Source: Smithella sp.
GTDB lineage: Bacteria > Desulfobacterota > Syntrophia > Syntrophales > Smithellaceae
Assembly (NCBI GenBank): GCA_049523355.1
Contig: JBEKMY010000001.1
Span: forward strand, 76,454-140,453
DNA: 64,000 nucleotides
Direction: 5' to 3'
Shown here: piece by piece, positions 39,451-48,594 of the stretch
Numbering within the stretch: position 1 is the stretch's first letter
Layout: every line of letters begins with the position of its first letter
Notes under the pieces: generated by a model
What the model saw: only the letters and a program-made list of their open reading frames with translations
Database searches by the model: none
Told to the model about the DNA's origin: nothing
Program-made: the position numbers and the translations under genes

Positions 39451-40194
39451 CTATTTTCTTGCCGCAAGTATTTGGCGGACCCTTTCCAATTCCTGCTGAT
39501 TGTCCACCTCCACGGAATCATGGGGAGTGATGACAACTTTAATTTTATATCCGTATTCCAGAGCGCGAAGCTGTTCGAGGGCTTCGAGCTTTTCCAGTTT
39601 TCCTTCTGGGAGTTTGGTGAAGACATCGAGAAAATCACGACGGTAAGCGTAAATGCCATGATGTTTATAGTAATCTGCTTTCAGGGATTTGTCGCGCACG
39701 TAAGGAATCGTCGCCCGGGAAAAATAAAGGGCGAAGTTCTGATGATCGAGGACAACCTTAACCGCGTGCGGATGGATTATTTCTTCATCAAGAAGAATTT
39801 TATAAATCAGCGTGGACATGACAATTGCCGGGTCGTCAACCAATGGCTGGATGACTTCGTCCACCTGCACGGGCTCAAAGATCGGTTGATCGCCTTGGAT
39901 ATTGACGACAATCGCGTCAGCAGGAAGATTAAGCGATTTTACCGCTTCGGAGATTCTATCCGTGCCGGAGCGATGCGTGGTTGACGTCATAATGGCATTA
40001 CCGCCGAATTTATTTACAGCGTCGAATATTCGCAGGTCGTCAGTTGCCACCGCCACATAGGGGATGGCTTTGGCTTTTGCTACACGTTCGTAGACATGTT
40101 GAATCATCGGTTTTCCGCACAGGTCAGCCAGAGGTTTCCCGGGAAAACGGCTGGATTCGTATCTTGAGGGGATGATGCAAACAATTTTTCTCAT
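39451..40194 (-). CDS. kdsB: 3-deoxy-manno-octulosonate cytidylyltransferase (CMP-KDO synthetase)
   Basis: IIPSRYESSRFPGKPL, and IVVNIQGDQP. The ATG at 40194 is preferred over the TTG at 40200. Confidence 0.9.
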   Translation of the reverse strand: MRKIVCIIPSRYESSRFPGKPLADLCGKPMIQHVYERVAKAKAIPYVAVATDDLRIFDAVNKFGGNAIMTSTTHRSGTDRISEAVKSLNLPADAIVVNIQGDQPIFEPVQVDEVIQPLVDDPAIVMSTLIYKILLDEEIIHPHAVKVVLDHQNFALYFSRATIPYVRDKSLKADYYKHHGIYAYRRDFLDVFTKLPEGKLEKLEALEQLRALEYGYKIKVVITPHDSVEVDNQQELERVRQILAARK

Positions 40195-40203
40195 TAACAA
40201 CTC

Positions 40204-40313
40204 CGTAAAAAGTCAATATACTACGTTGCACCGCATCCTTCGTCCTTGCGGCCTACGCTTAAGGAGGCCGCACTCCTCAGGCTTTGTGCGCCTTGTCTGG
40301 GGAGCTTTTTACG
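40204..40313 (+). repeat. Intergenic repeat, family A copy between hldD and kdsB
   Basis: Terminal inverted repeats cgtaaaaagtc / gagctttttacg. The 5' part is nearly identical to the reverse complement of 27540-27570. The central hairpin is replaced by gcggcct-acgcttaagg-aggccgc (40248-40271). Confidence 0.75.
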
Positions 40314-40372
40314 AAGTCGCTTAAAACAGTATAATCGAATAAAATGCTTATTATTTTGTTTCTTAAATATTT

Positions 40373-41350
40373 TTACTTCCCTAAATGCGGGTCGTCTTTC
40401 TGCAAATAATTCACCACGTAATCACGCACGGAATCTTCCATGGAAGAAAAAGATACCGGATATCCGACAGAGTGCAGCTTATCCATTTCCGCCTGCGTAA
40501 AGTACTGGTATTGATTGCGTATAGATTCGGGCATTTCAATATATTCAATCTTTTGCCTGGTTCCCATGGCGGCAAAAACAGCACTGATCAAATCATTCCA
40601 TGTTCTGGCCTTTCCCGTTCCCAGATTAAAAATACCATTTATATCCTGATTCTTAAAAAGCCACCATAAAACATCTATACAATCTTTGACATAAACAAAA
40701 TCACGCATCTGTCCGCCATCGGGATATTGGGGCAAATAGGATTTGAATAGGCGGACCTTACCCGTTTCTTTGATTTGATTAAATGCTTTGAAGATTACGC
40801 TGGTCATATCGGCTTTGTGATATTCATTTGGACCGAAGACATTGAAAAATTTGATTCCGGCGATTTTGTCTTCCCATGAATGTCTCAAGACTCTTAAATC
40901 AAAAACCTGCTTGGAATAGCCATACATATTGATTGGTTTGAGTTCACTTATTTTGCTATGGTCATCGGAAAAGCCCTGCTTGCCATCGCCATATGTCGCG
41001 GCAGAACTGGCGTAAATAAAACGAATATTGCGTTCCAGCGCCCATTCGGCCAACTGGCCGGTATAAGCAAAATTATTTTGCCAGAGGTAATCAGCATCGC
41101 GTTCCGTCGTGGATGAACAGGCTCCCATATGTATTATCGCTTCAACGTCAAAAGACAGCGTGTCGTTATAAATCAAATCATAAAATTCGTCTTTATGGAT
41201 GTAATTAACGAAGCGGAGATTGACCAGATTTTTCCATTTATCGGTCTTTCCCAGACGGTCAACGACTACTATATCTTCAATGCCTTCCTGATTAAGCTTC
41301 CAGACAAAAGCGCTGCCGATAAATCCGGCGCCACCTGTAACGATAATCAT
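40373..41350 (-). CDS. hldD: ADP-L-glycero-D-manno-heptose 6-epimerase
   Basis: MIIVTGGAGFIGS..., an SDR extended family member, with YGYSK catalytic motif; 325 aa. Confidence 0.85.
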   Translation of the reverse strand: MIIVTGGAGFIGSAFVWKLNQEGIEDIVVVDRLGKTDKWKNLVNLRFVNYIHKDEFYDLIYNDTLSFDVEAIIHMGACSSTTERDADYLWQNNFAYTGQLAEWALERNIRFIYASSAATYGDGKQGFSDDHSKISELKPINMYGYSKQVFDLRVLRHSWEDKIAGIKFFNVFGPNEYHKADMTSVIFKAFNQIKETGKVRLFKSYLPQYPDGGQMRDFVYVKDCIDVLWWLFKNQDINGIFNLGTGKARTWNDLISAVFAAMGTRQKIEYIEMPESIRNQYQYFTQAEMDKLHSVGYPVSFSSMEDSVRDYVVNYLQKDDPHLGK

Positions 41351-41421
41351 TTGCTTTGCTCCTTTGTTTTTTATGAGACAGCCTTAAGTAATACTGAACA
41401 CGAATGCTGTCAATAAAAAAA

Positions 41422-41457
41422 GAGCTGTCCCAAAACACCCATCTGCGGCGTTGCGCC
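41422..41457 (+). repeat. Truncated 5' end of the family A repeat
   Basis: gagctgtcccaaaacacccatctgcggcgttgcgc matches 38925-38959 with 2-3 mismatches and then diverges. Confidence 0.7.
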
Positions 41458-41468
41458 GCAAACTGCAT

Positions 41469-42323
41469 TTATTGAATCCACGGGGATTCTTTACTGACGG
41501 TTAAAACGCGGCAGGGTGCATCCCCCTTAATCATTATAAAATTAATCTGCCTGCCCGTGATTCCGCCCGAGCCGCGATACGAAAAAAATTGATCCTGGCG
41601 GCAGGAAGTGCATAAATTAGAAACATCTATATTTTCTTCGGGAATGCCGCAATTCATGATTTGCCTGCGGTTAGCTTCAGGCAAATCGACCATACACTTG
41701 TTCAGTCCTTCACCGGGAAATAGAAAATCCTTATGGTCTTTCTGACTTCGAAAAGCATATGCTGTTTCTTCATCAAGTTCGAAACAGCACGGGCCGATAG
41801 CCGGTCCTATCGCTGCCAGAATATCCCATGGAGATGAACCACATTTTTCATAAAGAAGGCGGATGACTTTAGCGCTGATTTCCAGCGCGGTGCCCCTCCA
41901 GCCCGCATGAACCGCGGCAATGATCTTTTTTACCCGGTCAACAATAAATACCGGCACGCAATCGGCAGTCTTGATGCAAATAGCAAGATTCTGGCGGTTG
42001 GTGACAATGGCATCATAATTCAGAACGCCATCCATTGGCAAATACTCGCCATAAGGTTTAATGACAAAAATAGCATCTCCATGAACCTGATTTAGGGTGA
42101 TAAACTGATCCAGCGGTATGCCAAATGCCACAGCCAGGCGATTCCAGTTTTGTAAAACGGTACTTTCCAAATCACCTTCCTTGAAGCTCATGTTCAGAGA
42201 TGCGTAATCTTCATCCGATGCGCCCCCGAGTCTTGTACAGAAGGCATGAGTTAAAAAATCGCATCCGCTCAAAAATGAAGATTCATAATACTGTAAAGAA
42301 TGTTTTTTATGCAGATAGAACAT
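41469..42323 (-). CDS. pgeF: Peptidoglycan editing factor PgeF (YfiH/DUF152 laccase-domain protein)
   Basis: TADCVPV, AAVHAGWRGT and CTSC...FFSYR motifs. Confidence 0.8.
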   Translation of the reverse strand: MFYLHKKHSLQYYESSFLSGCDFLTHAFCTRLGGASDEDYASLNMSFKEGDLESTVLQNWNRLAVAFGIPLDQFITLNQVHGDAIFVIKPYGEYLPMDGVLNYDAIVTNRQNLAICIKTADCVPVFIVDRVKKIIAAVHAGWRGTALEISAKVIRLLYEKCGSSPWDILAAIGPAIGPCCFELDEETAYAFRSQKDHKDFLFPGEGLNKCMVDLPEANRRQIMNCGIPEENIDVSNLCTSCRQDQFFSYRGSGGITGRQINFIMIKGDAPCRVLTVSKESPWIQ

Positions 42324-42327
42324 TTTT

Positions 42328-43347
42328 TTACCTCAATTTATCTTTCCGATTAGCAGTGATGGATTTAATAGAATTAATGTGTAAACGCAACTTCGCGCAC
42401 AAATCAGCCATATCCCGCGGCATGTCCGCTTTAAATTCGACCCGTCTGCTATTTGCCGGATGAATAAAAGAAAGATGCGCGGCATGCAGAGCCTGCCGGT
42501 TAAATTCTTTCATCTGGATCTTCAACAGGGGATCGGCAATAGCGCGGATTTTGGCGGAGTTGCCGTAAACGGCATCACCGATAACCGGGTACCCGAGATC
42601 AGACAAGTGCACGCGAATTTGATGTGTGCGACCGGTTTTAATTTCCACCTCCAGCAGAGTTGCCACACCGTAACGTTCGCTTACTTTCCAAAAGGTGAGC
42701 GCTTCCTTGCCCCGCTTGGTTTTTGTAGACATCTTTTTACGGTCAACAGTATGCCTGCCAACCGGTTTTACTATTTCTCCCTGATTGTCCTTCATATCAC
42801 CCCAGACCAAGGCCAGATATTTTTTTTGCACCTCATGCTTTTCAAATTGATATGATAGACGGCGATGCGCGTCGTCTGATTTTGCCGCCACAATCAGGCC
42901 GGAGGTATCTTTATCCAGCCTGTGCACTATGCCCGGCCTGAGGACACCGCCGATTCCCGATAAATCATGGCAATGATACAGTAAGGCGTTGACAAGCGTT
43001 TTTTCAGGGTTGCCCGGCGCCGGATGCACGACCATTCCTGCCGGTTTGTTAATCACAATAATCGTCTCGTCTTCGTAAACAATATTAAGAGGCATTTCCT
43101 GAGGCGTGGCAGCAGCTTCCACAGGCGGCCTTTGAGTTAAAATGATGACATCGCCATCTTTGAGGCGCTGGCTGACTTTAGGCGCTTTGCCGTTAACCAG
43201 CACATCGCCTTTTTCGATAATCTGTTTGACATGCGAACGGGAAATTGCCGCGTCGCTCAGCGACAGAAAGATATCAAGCCTTTGGCCGATTTGACTTTTG
43301 TTTATCGTAAAGCTTATTTTTGCAAATTGTTCGTTTGAAATGGCCAA
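42328..43347 (-). CDS. rluD: RluA-family 23S rRNA pseudouridine synthase (RluD-like)
   Basis: S4 domain N-terminus, catalytic HRLDKDTSGL, and GRTHQIRVH. Confidence 0.85.
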   Translation of the reverse strand: MAISNEQFAKISFTINKSQIGQRLDIFLSLSDAAISRSHVKQIIEKGDVLVNGKAPKVSQRLKDGDVIILTQRPPVEAAATPQEMPLNIVYEDETIIVINKPAGMVVHPAPGNPEKTLVNALLYHCHDLSGIGGVLRPGIVHRLDKDTSGLIVAAKSDDAHRRLSYQFEKHEVQKKYLALVWGDMKDNQGEIVKPVGRHTVDRKKMSTKTKRGKEALTFWKVSERYGVATLLEVEIKTGRTHQIRVHLSDLGYPVIGDAVYGNSAKIRAIADPLLKIQMKEFNRQALHAAHLSFIHPANSRRVEFKADMPRDMADLCAKLRLHINSIKSITANRKDKLR

Positions 43348-43359
43348 ATTATTACTCCG

Positions 43360-44670
43360 CTAATACTCTAAACTGGCCTGTTTACGGCAATAATCACGGA
43401 AATTATTTACAGCAATAAAAAATTCCCGCATCATTATCACCCAGAGATAACGGCCGCGAGGTGTTAAATGCAAATAAGGGGGAAAATAACGGAAAGCCCT
43501 GACGATTTCAAAGGCGGCTATTTCCTTCCATAAAGTATTTAAAAACTTACCGTTATATTTTTCCTGCAACGCCGTGATATCAAGTTTTGTGCTGAATAAT
43601 TTCATCATAAAATCATAACTCATTTGATCGTGAAGATCAAACTTGCGGGAAGCCTGCAATGGCAGTTTGCCCTGTTCCAGAGAAGCTATATATTTTTCTA
43701 TATCAAAAGTATTGGAATAGCAGGTTCCGTGCAGATAGCCGATAGCGCCGCTGCCTAAACCGGCATATTCGTCGTAATCGACAACATATTCATCAATCAG
43801 AGTTTTTTTACGGGAAAAGCACCAGGCCGAAGAAAAATCATAATTTTTTTCCAGACGTCTAACTATCAGTTTATATAATTTTTCTTCGCCTCTAAAATCA
43901 ATATTCCCTATGGTTTTTCCCATTATTTCCTGAGTTAAGGCGGAAATCATCAAAGGGTAAAAGGTAACCTGTTCCATGTTTAGATTTAGCAGAATGGCTA
44001 AATCCGCGTCGAGCATTTCCGATGTTTGTCCGGGGAAATTAAAAATCATGTCGGCATTTAAGGTATCAAAGCAGCCTTGTGTATTTTTAAGCCGCTCCAC
44101 GATAGTCTTGCCCGAACCGTATTTGTCATAGCGTCCGATTATCTTAAGCAGAATGTCATTGAATGTTTGCACTCCCACGGAAAGCCTTTTGACGCCGCTT
44201 TGTTGTAAAATTTCAATATTCTTTGAATTTAAATGATTAGGATTTGTTTCTACGGATATATCCGTTATAGAAAAAACTTCCCGCGTCAAATTTAGAGTTT
44301 CCGCCAGTTCATCAATAAGCACGGTCGGGGTGCCTCCGCCTACATAAATGCCCTTGAATTTATAGCCTTTTTCGTGATAGATCTTAATTTCCCGACGCAA
44401 AGCATTAAAATATCTTTTAGTTAATGTTTGTTCAAAGGTTATCCTGTGAAAGGAACAGTAGGGGCAGAGTTCTTCACAAAAAGGAATGTGTATATAGAGG
44501 AGCCGCTGTTTATCATCGTTACAGGAGGGCAATTCCGGAAACGTTCCCTCTTCAAATTTTAACGAGCGGGCAAACTCCCATTTTACCATGTAGGTAACAA
44601 TTTGATTAATCAAAGACATATCCTTGCAAAGTGGATTTTCACAAAATTTAGCCTGTATATTGTTTAGCAA
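43360..44670 (-). CDS. Radical SAM protein of the HemN/HemZ (oxygen-independent coproporphyrinogen III oxidase-like) family
   Basis: CEELCPYCSF radical-SAM cluster, GGGTPT, and a HemN_C-like C-terminus; 436 aa. The exact function is not assignable. Confidence 0.7.
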   Translation of the reverse strand: MLNNIQAKFCENPLCKDMSLINQIVTYMVKWEFARSLKFEEGTFPELPSCNDDKQRLLYIHIPFCEELCPYCSFHRITFEQTLTKRYFNALRREIKIYHEKGYKFKGIYVGGGTPTVLIDELAETLNLTREVFSITDISVETNPNHLNSKNIEILQQSGVKRLSVGVQTFNDILLKIIGRYDKYGSGKTIVERLKNTQGCFDTLNADMIFNFPGQTSEMLDADLAILLNLNMEQVTFYPLMISALTQEIMGKTIGNIDFRGEEKLYKLIVRRLEKNYDFSSAWCFSRKKTLIDEYVVDYDEYAGLGSGAIGYLHGTCYSNTFDIEKYIASLEQGKLPLQASRKFDLHDQMSYDFMMKLFSTKLDITALQEKYNGKFLNTLWKEIAAFEIVRAFRYFPPYLHLTPRGRYLWVIMMREFFIAVNNFRDYCRKQASLEY

Positions 44671-44760
44671 AAGACGTATGATAATTGCAAGCTACAATTA
44701 CTTGAAATAATGAAGAATAGGTGGTAAATGGCTCCAAAATAATTTTTTAAGTGAAGTTTT

Positions 44761-45324
44761 ATGTCATCCAAAAGAGTTTTAACACTATGGAATGATGAGG
44801 GAGAAAACCCTAAGGATACTTCTATCCTGAGAAAGAAATCCGTCGAATTGCCAGTGCCTCTGGATAAAGAATCGCGGGAAATAATACAGACATTAATAGA
44901 TTCCTTTTTGGAAAAGAAAGATGAGGCCGTGGGATTGGCCGCACCGCAAATAGGCATTAATAAAAGAGTAATTGTTTTCCGCAACAAGGGTTTTGAAGAA
45001 AAGGGCAGGATAAAAAATGCCGGCGATATCGAAGTTATGGTTAATCCTCGGATAAATCAGGCGCGTGGTGAAAAAGTAACTATGCCTGAAGGTTGTCTAT
45101 CCTGTCCTGAAATTCAGATTGAAGTAAGCCGCTTCCCTGAAATTAAAGTGCGCGCTTTAGACGCCAAAGGAGAAAAAGTTAATAAAAGATATGAAGATTT
45201 TGTCGCCCGCGTTATTCAACATGAAATTGATCATTTGGATGGCAAACTGATTGTTGATTACGGAGGCGACATGTACTATCCCAAAAGTAAACAGCAATTC
45301 TTTGAAAAACTTTTTAAATATTAA
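44761..45324 (+). CDS. def: Peptide deformylase
   Basis: The three PDF motifs GLAAPQIG, EGCLS and QHEIDHLDG. Confidence 0.9.
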   Translation: MSSKRVLTLWNDEGENPKDTSILRKKSVELPVPLDKESREIIQTLIDSFLEKKDEAVGLAAPQIGINKRVIVFRNKGFEEKGRIKNAGDIEVMVNPRINQARGEKVTMPEGCLSCPEIQIEVSRFPEIKVRALDAKGEKVNKRYEDFVARVIQHEIDHLDGKLIVDYGGDMYYPKSKQQFFEKLFKY

Positions 45325-45351
45325 TCCGCTGGAAATTTTGGATTAAATCTT

Positions 45352-45417
45352 GAAATCTCTTCTAAGTTGTAGTAGTCCTCAAGCCGGTAATAAATACCGG
45401 GGTAATGAAGAGATTTC
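45352..45417 (+). other. Nested inverted repeats in the 265-nt gcvT leader (11-bp outer stem gaaatctcttc/gaagagatttc enclosing ccggta-ataaa-taccgg)
   Basis: Perfect inverted repeats read directly from the sequence. Further stems lie at 45462-45496 and 45531-45561, the latter followed by ttattttt. Confidence 0.3.
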
Positions 45418-45589
45418 CCGCGAATTAAATTCCCCCCGGAGAAACCAGCTTCATGTTAAAAATCCAATGCCTTCATTGCAATCGTATAGTATTGGAGAAT
45501 AATTCTTTCTAAAAGAGTTACTTTTTTGTGGCGATATGCCTGCTCATCCTTTTCTTATCGCTTATTTTTAAACACGGAGTGAAATAAAA

Positions 45590-46684
45590 TTGAAAAAAAC
45601 ACCATTATATGAAAAGCACGTCGCTCTAAAGGCTAAAATAATTGATTTTGGCGGCTGGGCTATGCCTGTGCAATACACCAATGTTCTTGATGAACACAGG
45701 ACAACCAGAAGCGCCGCCGGTCTTTTTGACATCTGCCATATGGGGGAGTTTGAAGTCAAAGGCCCGCAGGCGTTTGACTTTTTACAACTGGTTTTGACCA
45801 GAAATTTAGCAGATCAAGCTATCGGGCAGGTTAAACTATCCGCTCTGCTCAATGAAGAAGGCGGTGTTATTGATGATTTAACCGTATATAAAATAAATGA
45901 GAATTCCTACATGCTGGTAACCAACGCCACACCCAGAGAACGTGACTGGCAATGGATAAAATCACTCAAACAGTCTAAAATATTTGATTGCGATTTAAAA
46001 GATATCAGCGATAATACGGGTAAATTGGACTTACAGGGTCCGCGTTCTGAAGAAATTTTGCAAAAACTGACTCAGGCTGATCTGAAAACTCTGCGTTTCT
46101 ATCATTTTTGCGAGTCTAATGTTGCGGGATTTAAGACCATCATTTCCCGCAGCGGCTACACGGGAGAAGATGGATTTGAGATTTATGCCGAAAGTAATAT
46201 TATTGGCGAAATATGGGACAAGCTAATGGATGCAGGCGCTATTTCCGGTCTAAAACCGGCTGGATTGGGTGCTCGCGACACTTTACGCCTCGAAGGGGGC
46301 ATGATGCTCAACGGTCAGGATATGGACGAATCGGTAAGTCCGCTGGAAGTGCCTTATAGCTGGATAGTTGATGCGCGCAAAGAATTTGTCGGGTCTGCCG
46401 CGCTCAGAGCAAAACAAAATTCCGGAATCACAAAAAAGCTGGCAGGAATGGAAATAACCGGACGCGGCATAGCACGCCACGGTTACAAAGTTTTTCATAA
46501 AACGCAGGAAATCGGCGTTGTGACCTCCGGAACATTTTCGCCCACATTGAATAAGGCGATAGGTTTGGCATTTATAGATATTAATTTCAGCGCGCCGGAT
46601 ACGGAAATAGAAATTGATATTCGCAATACATTAATTCCGGCAAAAATTGTGAAACTCCCATTTTATAAACGGGAAAAGCGATAA
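45590..46684 (+). CDS. gcvT: Glycine cleavage system aminomethyltransferase (T protein)
   Basis: TTG start with a GGAG RBS. KKTPLYEKH...FGGWAMPVQY...GLFDICHMGEF is canonical GcvT. Confidence 0.95.
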   Translation: MKKTPLYEKHVALKAKIIDFGGWAMPVQYTNVLDEHRTTRSAAGLFDICHMGEFEVKGPQAFDFLQLVLTRNLADQAIGQVKLSALLNEEGGVIDDLTVYKINENSYMLVTNATPRERDWQWIKSLKQSKIFDCDLKDISDNTGKLDLQGPRSEEILQKLTQADLKTLRFYHFCESNVAGFKTIISRSGYTGEDGFEIYAESNIIGEIWDKLMDAGAISGLKPAGLGARDTLRLEGGMMLNGQDMDESVSPLEVPYSWIVDARKEFVGSAALRAKQNSGITKKLAGMEITGRGIARHGYKVFHKTQEIGVVTSGTFSPTLNKAIGLAFIDINFSAPDTEIEIDIRNTLIPAKIVKLPFYKREKR

Positions 46685-46789
46685 ACTGTAAAAGGTATTT
46701 TTAAAAGGCAGTAATATCAGATAGTGCCAGACCGGCGTATGCCGGGACCTTTTTATAAACGGGCAAAAACAATATTAAGGAGGAACATA

Positions 46790-47188
46790 ATGTCCAAACA
46801 AAACCCCCAAGACAGACTATATTCCCGCGATCATGAATGGGTAAAAGATAATGGAGACTCAACTGTAATCATTGGCATAACTGATTACGCTCAGGAAATG
46901 CTTACAGATATTGTTTTTGTTGACTTGCCGGAAATCGGAAGAAAAGTTGTCCAAAAGGCTACGGTGGCTGTTGTCGAATCGGTAAAGTCTGTATCCGATA
47001 TTTACTCTCCGGTTGGAGGAGAAGTAATTGATGTAAATAAAATGCTGGAAGACACGCCGGAGTTGATCAATCAGGATGCTTTCGGAGAGGGCTGGATCGT
47101 CAAAATGCGACCCTCCGACGCGAGCGAACTAAAGATGCTGCTAAGCGCGGCAGATTATGAAGAAATGCTGAAAGAGGAAAAAAAATAG
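46790..47188 (+). CDS. gcvH: Glycine cleavage system H protein
   Basis: AAGGAGG RBS. YSRDHEWV..., and the lipoyl-lysine motif VESVKSVSDIYSPV. Confidence 0.95.
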   Translation: MSKQNPQDRLYSRDHEWVKDNGDSTVIIGITDYAQEMLTDIVFVDLPEIGRKVVQKATVAVVESVKSVSDIYSPVGGEVIDVNKMLEDTPELINQDAFGEGWIVKMRPSDASELKMLLSAADYEEMLKEEKK

Positions 47189-47190
47189 AG

Positions 47191-48516
47191 ATGGACTATT
47201 GCCCTCACACTCCGGATGATATCAAACAAATGCAGGCAGCAATCGGCGTTGCCGGCGTTGATGAACTTTTTGCCGATATTCCACAAAAATTCAGATTAAA
47301 ACAAATTCCGGATATTCCATCCGCCATGTCCGAGCTGGAAACCGTCTCTGTCATGAGTGAACTGGCCCGAAAAAATAAACTGCCGCAGTTGACTTTGACC
47401 GGCGCGGGAGCTTATCATCATTTTATTCCGGCGGTTGTCGGGCATATTGTGGGGCGAGCGGAATTTTATACAGCCTATACCCCTTATCAGGCAGAGATCA
47501 GCCAGGGCATTCTTCAGGCGATTTATGAATATCAGACCATGATTGCCCATCTCACCGGCACTGAAATTGCCAACGCTTCTATGTATGATGGGGCTTCCGC
47601 CATGATCGAGGCTGCGGTTCTTTGCGCGAAAATGTCCGGCAAAACTAAAATTATAGTTGCCCGGTCGGTGCATCCCGAATATCGGCAGGTTTTACAGACC
47701 TACTGCTGGGCAAACGGCTATTCAGTTGTTGAACTGGCATACATGCCGTCCGGTCAAATTGATTTGAATGCTTTGCAAAATGAGCTTGATGATCAGGTTG
47801 CCGCTGTGTTGGTACAAAGCCCCAATTTCTTCGGTGTCATTGAAGATATTGCTCCTGTTGCTGATGATGTGCATAAAAAAGGAGCATTGCTTGTTGCCGG
47901 TTTCACTGATAGCACAAGCCTGGGAATTCTTAAACCGGCTGGTGCGGCCGGCGCGGATTTTGTCGCGGGCGAAGGCCAGAGTTTTGGCAATCCTCTTAAT
48001 TACGGCGGCCCTTATCTGGGGATTTTTGCCGCCCGTGAAAAATTTATGCGCCGGATACCCGGAAGACTTGTCGGCGCGACGGAGGATAAAAAAGGCCGGC
48101 GCGGATTTGTGCTGACTTTACAAACCCGTGAACAGCATATCCGCAGGGAAAAGGCGACTTCCAACATTTGTTCAAACGAAGCCCTCTGCGCGCTTGCCGC
48201 CGGCGTTTATCTTGCCGCTTTGGGAAAAAATTTACGCAAACTTGCCGAACTAAATATTTACAAAACACAATATTTGAAAAATAAACTCTTGCAGCTTGCG
48301 GGCTGGCAGGAAGTATTTACCGCTCCTGTTTATAACGAAATTGTTTTACGCTGTCCCGATTCAAAGAAGCTAAACGAAAAACTGAAAAACGAGGGGATCA
48401 TCGGCGGCTATGAATTGCAAAAGGATTATCCGGAACTTGAAAATTCTTTACTCTTATGCGCCACGGAAATGATTTCGAAAACCGGTATTGATCGGGTGGT
48501 GGATATAATTAAATAA
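47191..48516 (+). CDS. gcvPA: Glycine dehydrogenase (decarboxylating) subunit 1
   Basis: 441 aa with YTPYQAEISQG; split P-protein N-terminal half. Confidence 0.95.
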   Translation: MDYCPHTPDDIKQMQAAIGVAGVDELFADIPQKFRLKQIPDIPSAMSELETVSVMSELARKNKLPQLTLTGAGAYHHFIPAVVGHIVGRAEFYTAYTPYQAEISQGILQAIYEYQTMIAHLTGTEIANASMYDGASAMIEAAVLCAKMSGKTKIIVARSVHPEYRQVLQTYCWANGYSVVELAYMPSGQIDLNALQNELDDQVAAVLVQSPNFFGVIEDIAPVADDVHKKGALLVAGFTDSTSLGILKPAGAAGADFVAGEGQSFGNPLNYGGPYLGIFAAREKFMRRIPGRLVGATEDKKGRRGFVLTLQTREQHIRREKATSNICSNEALCALAAGVYLAALGKNLRKLAELNIYKTQYLKNKLLQLAGWQEVFTAPVYNEIVLRCPDSKKLNEKLKNEGIIGGYELQKDYPELENSLLLCATEMISKTGIDRVVDIIK

Positions 48517-48594
48517 CTGACATTTTGCCATTGCCAGAAGTCTGTCATTAGCGGCAACGAAGCAATCTCGCATTTAATCACCAGGGGAATACGA

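Noticed and set aside
39333-39659. 108-aa minus-strand ORF overlapping the 3' end of kdsB, and the 170-aa plus-strand ORF 39472-39984
   Set aside because: Both overlap the well-supported kdsB frame and have no motifs or RBS. They are spurious.
44664-44987. 107-aa minus-strand ORF spanning the hemN-like/def divergent region
   Set aside because: It overlaps the def coding start and the promoter region, has no RBS and no recognisable domain.
45325-45589. Canonical tandem glycine riboswitch upstream of gcvT
   Set aside because: I searched by eye for the conserved ACCGAAGG(A/G)GCAA and CUCAGGCAAAAGGAC cores and found neither. I therefore do not annotate a glycine riboswitch and keep the region only as an unexplained structured leader.
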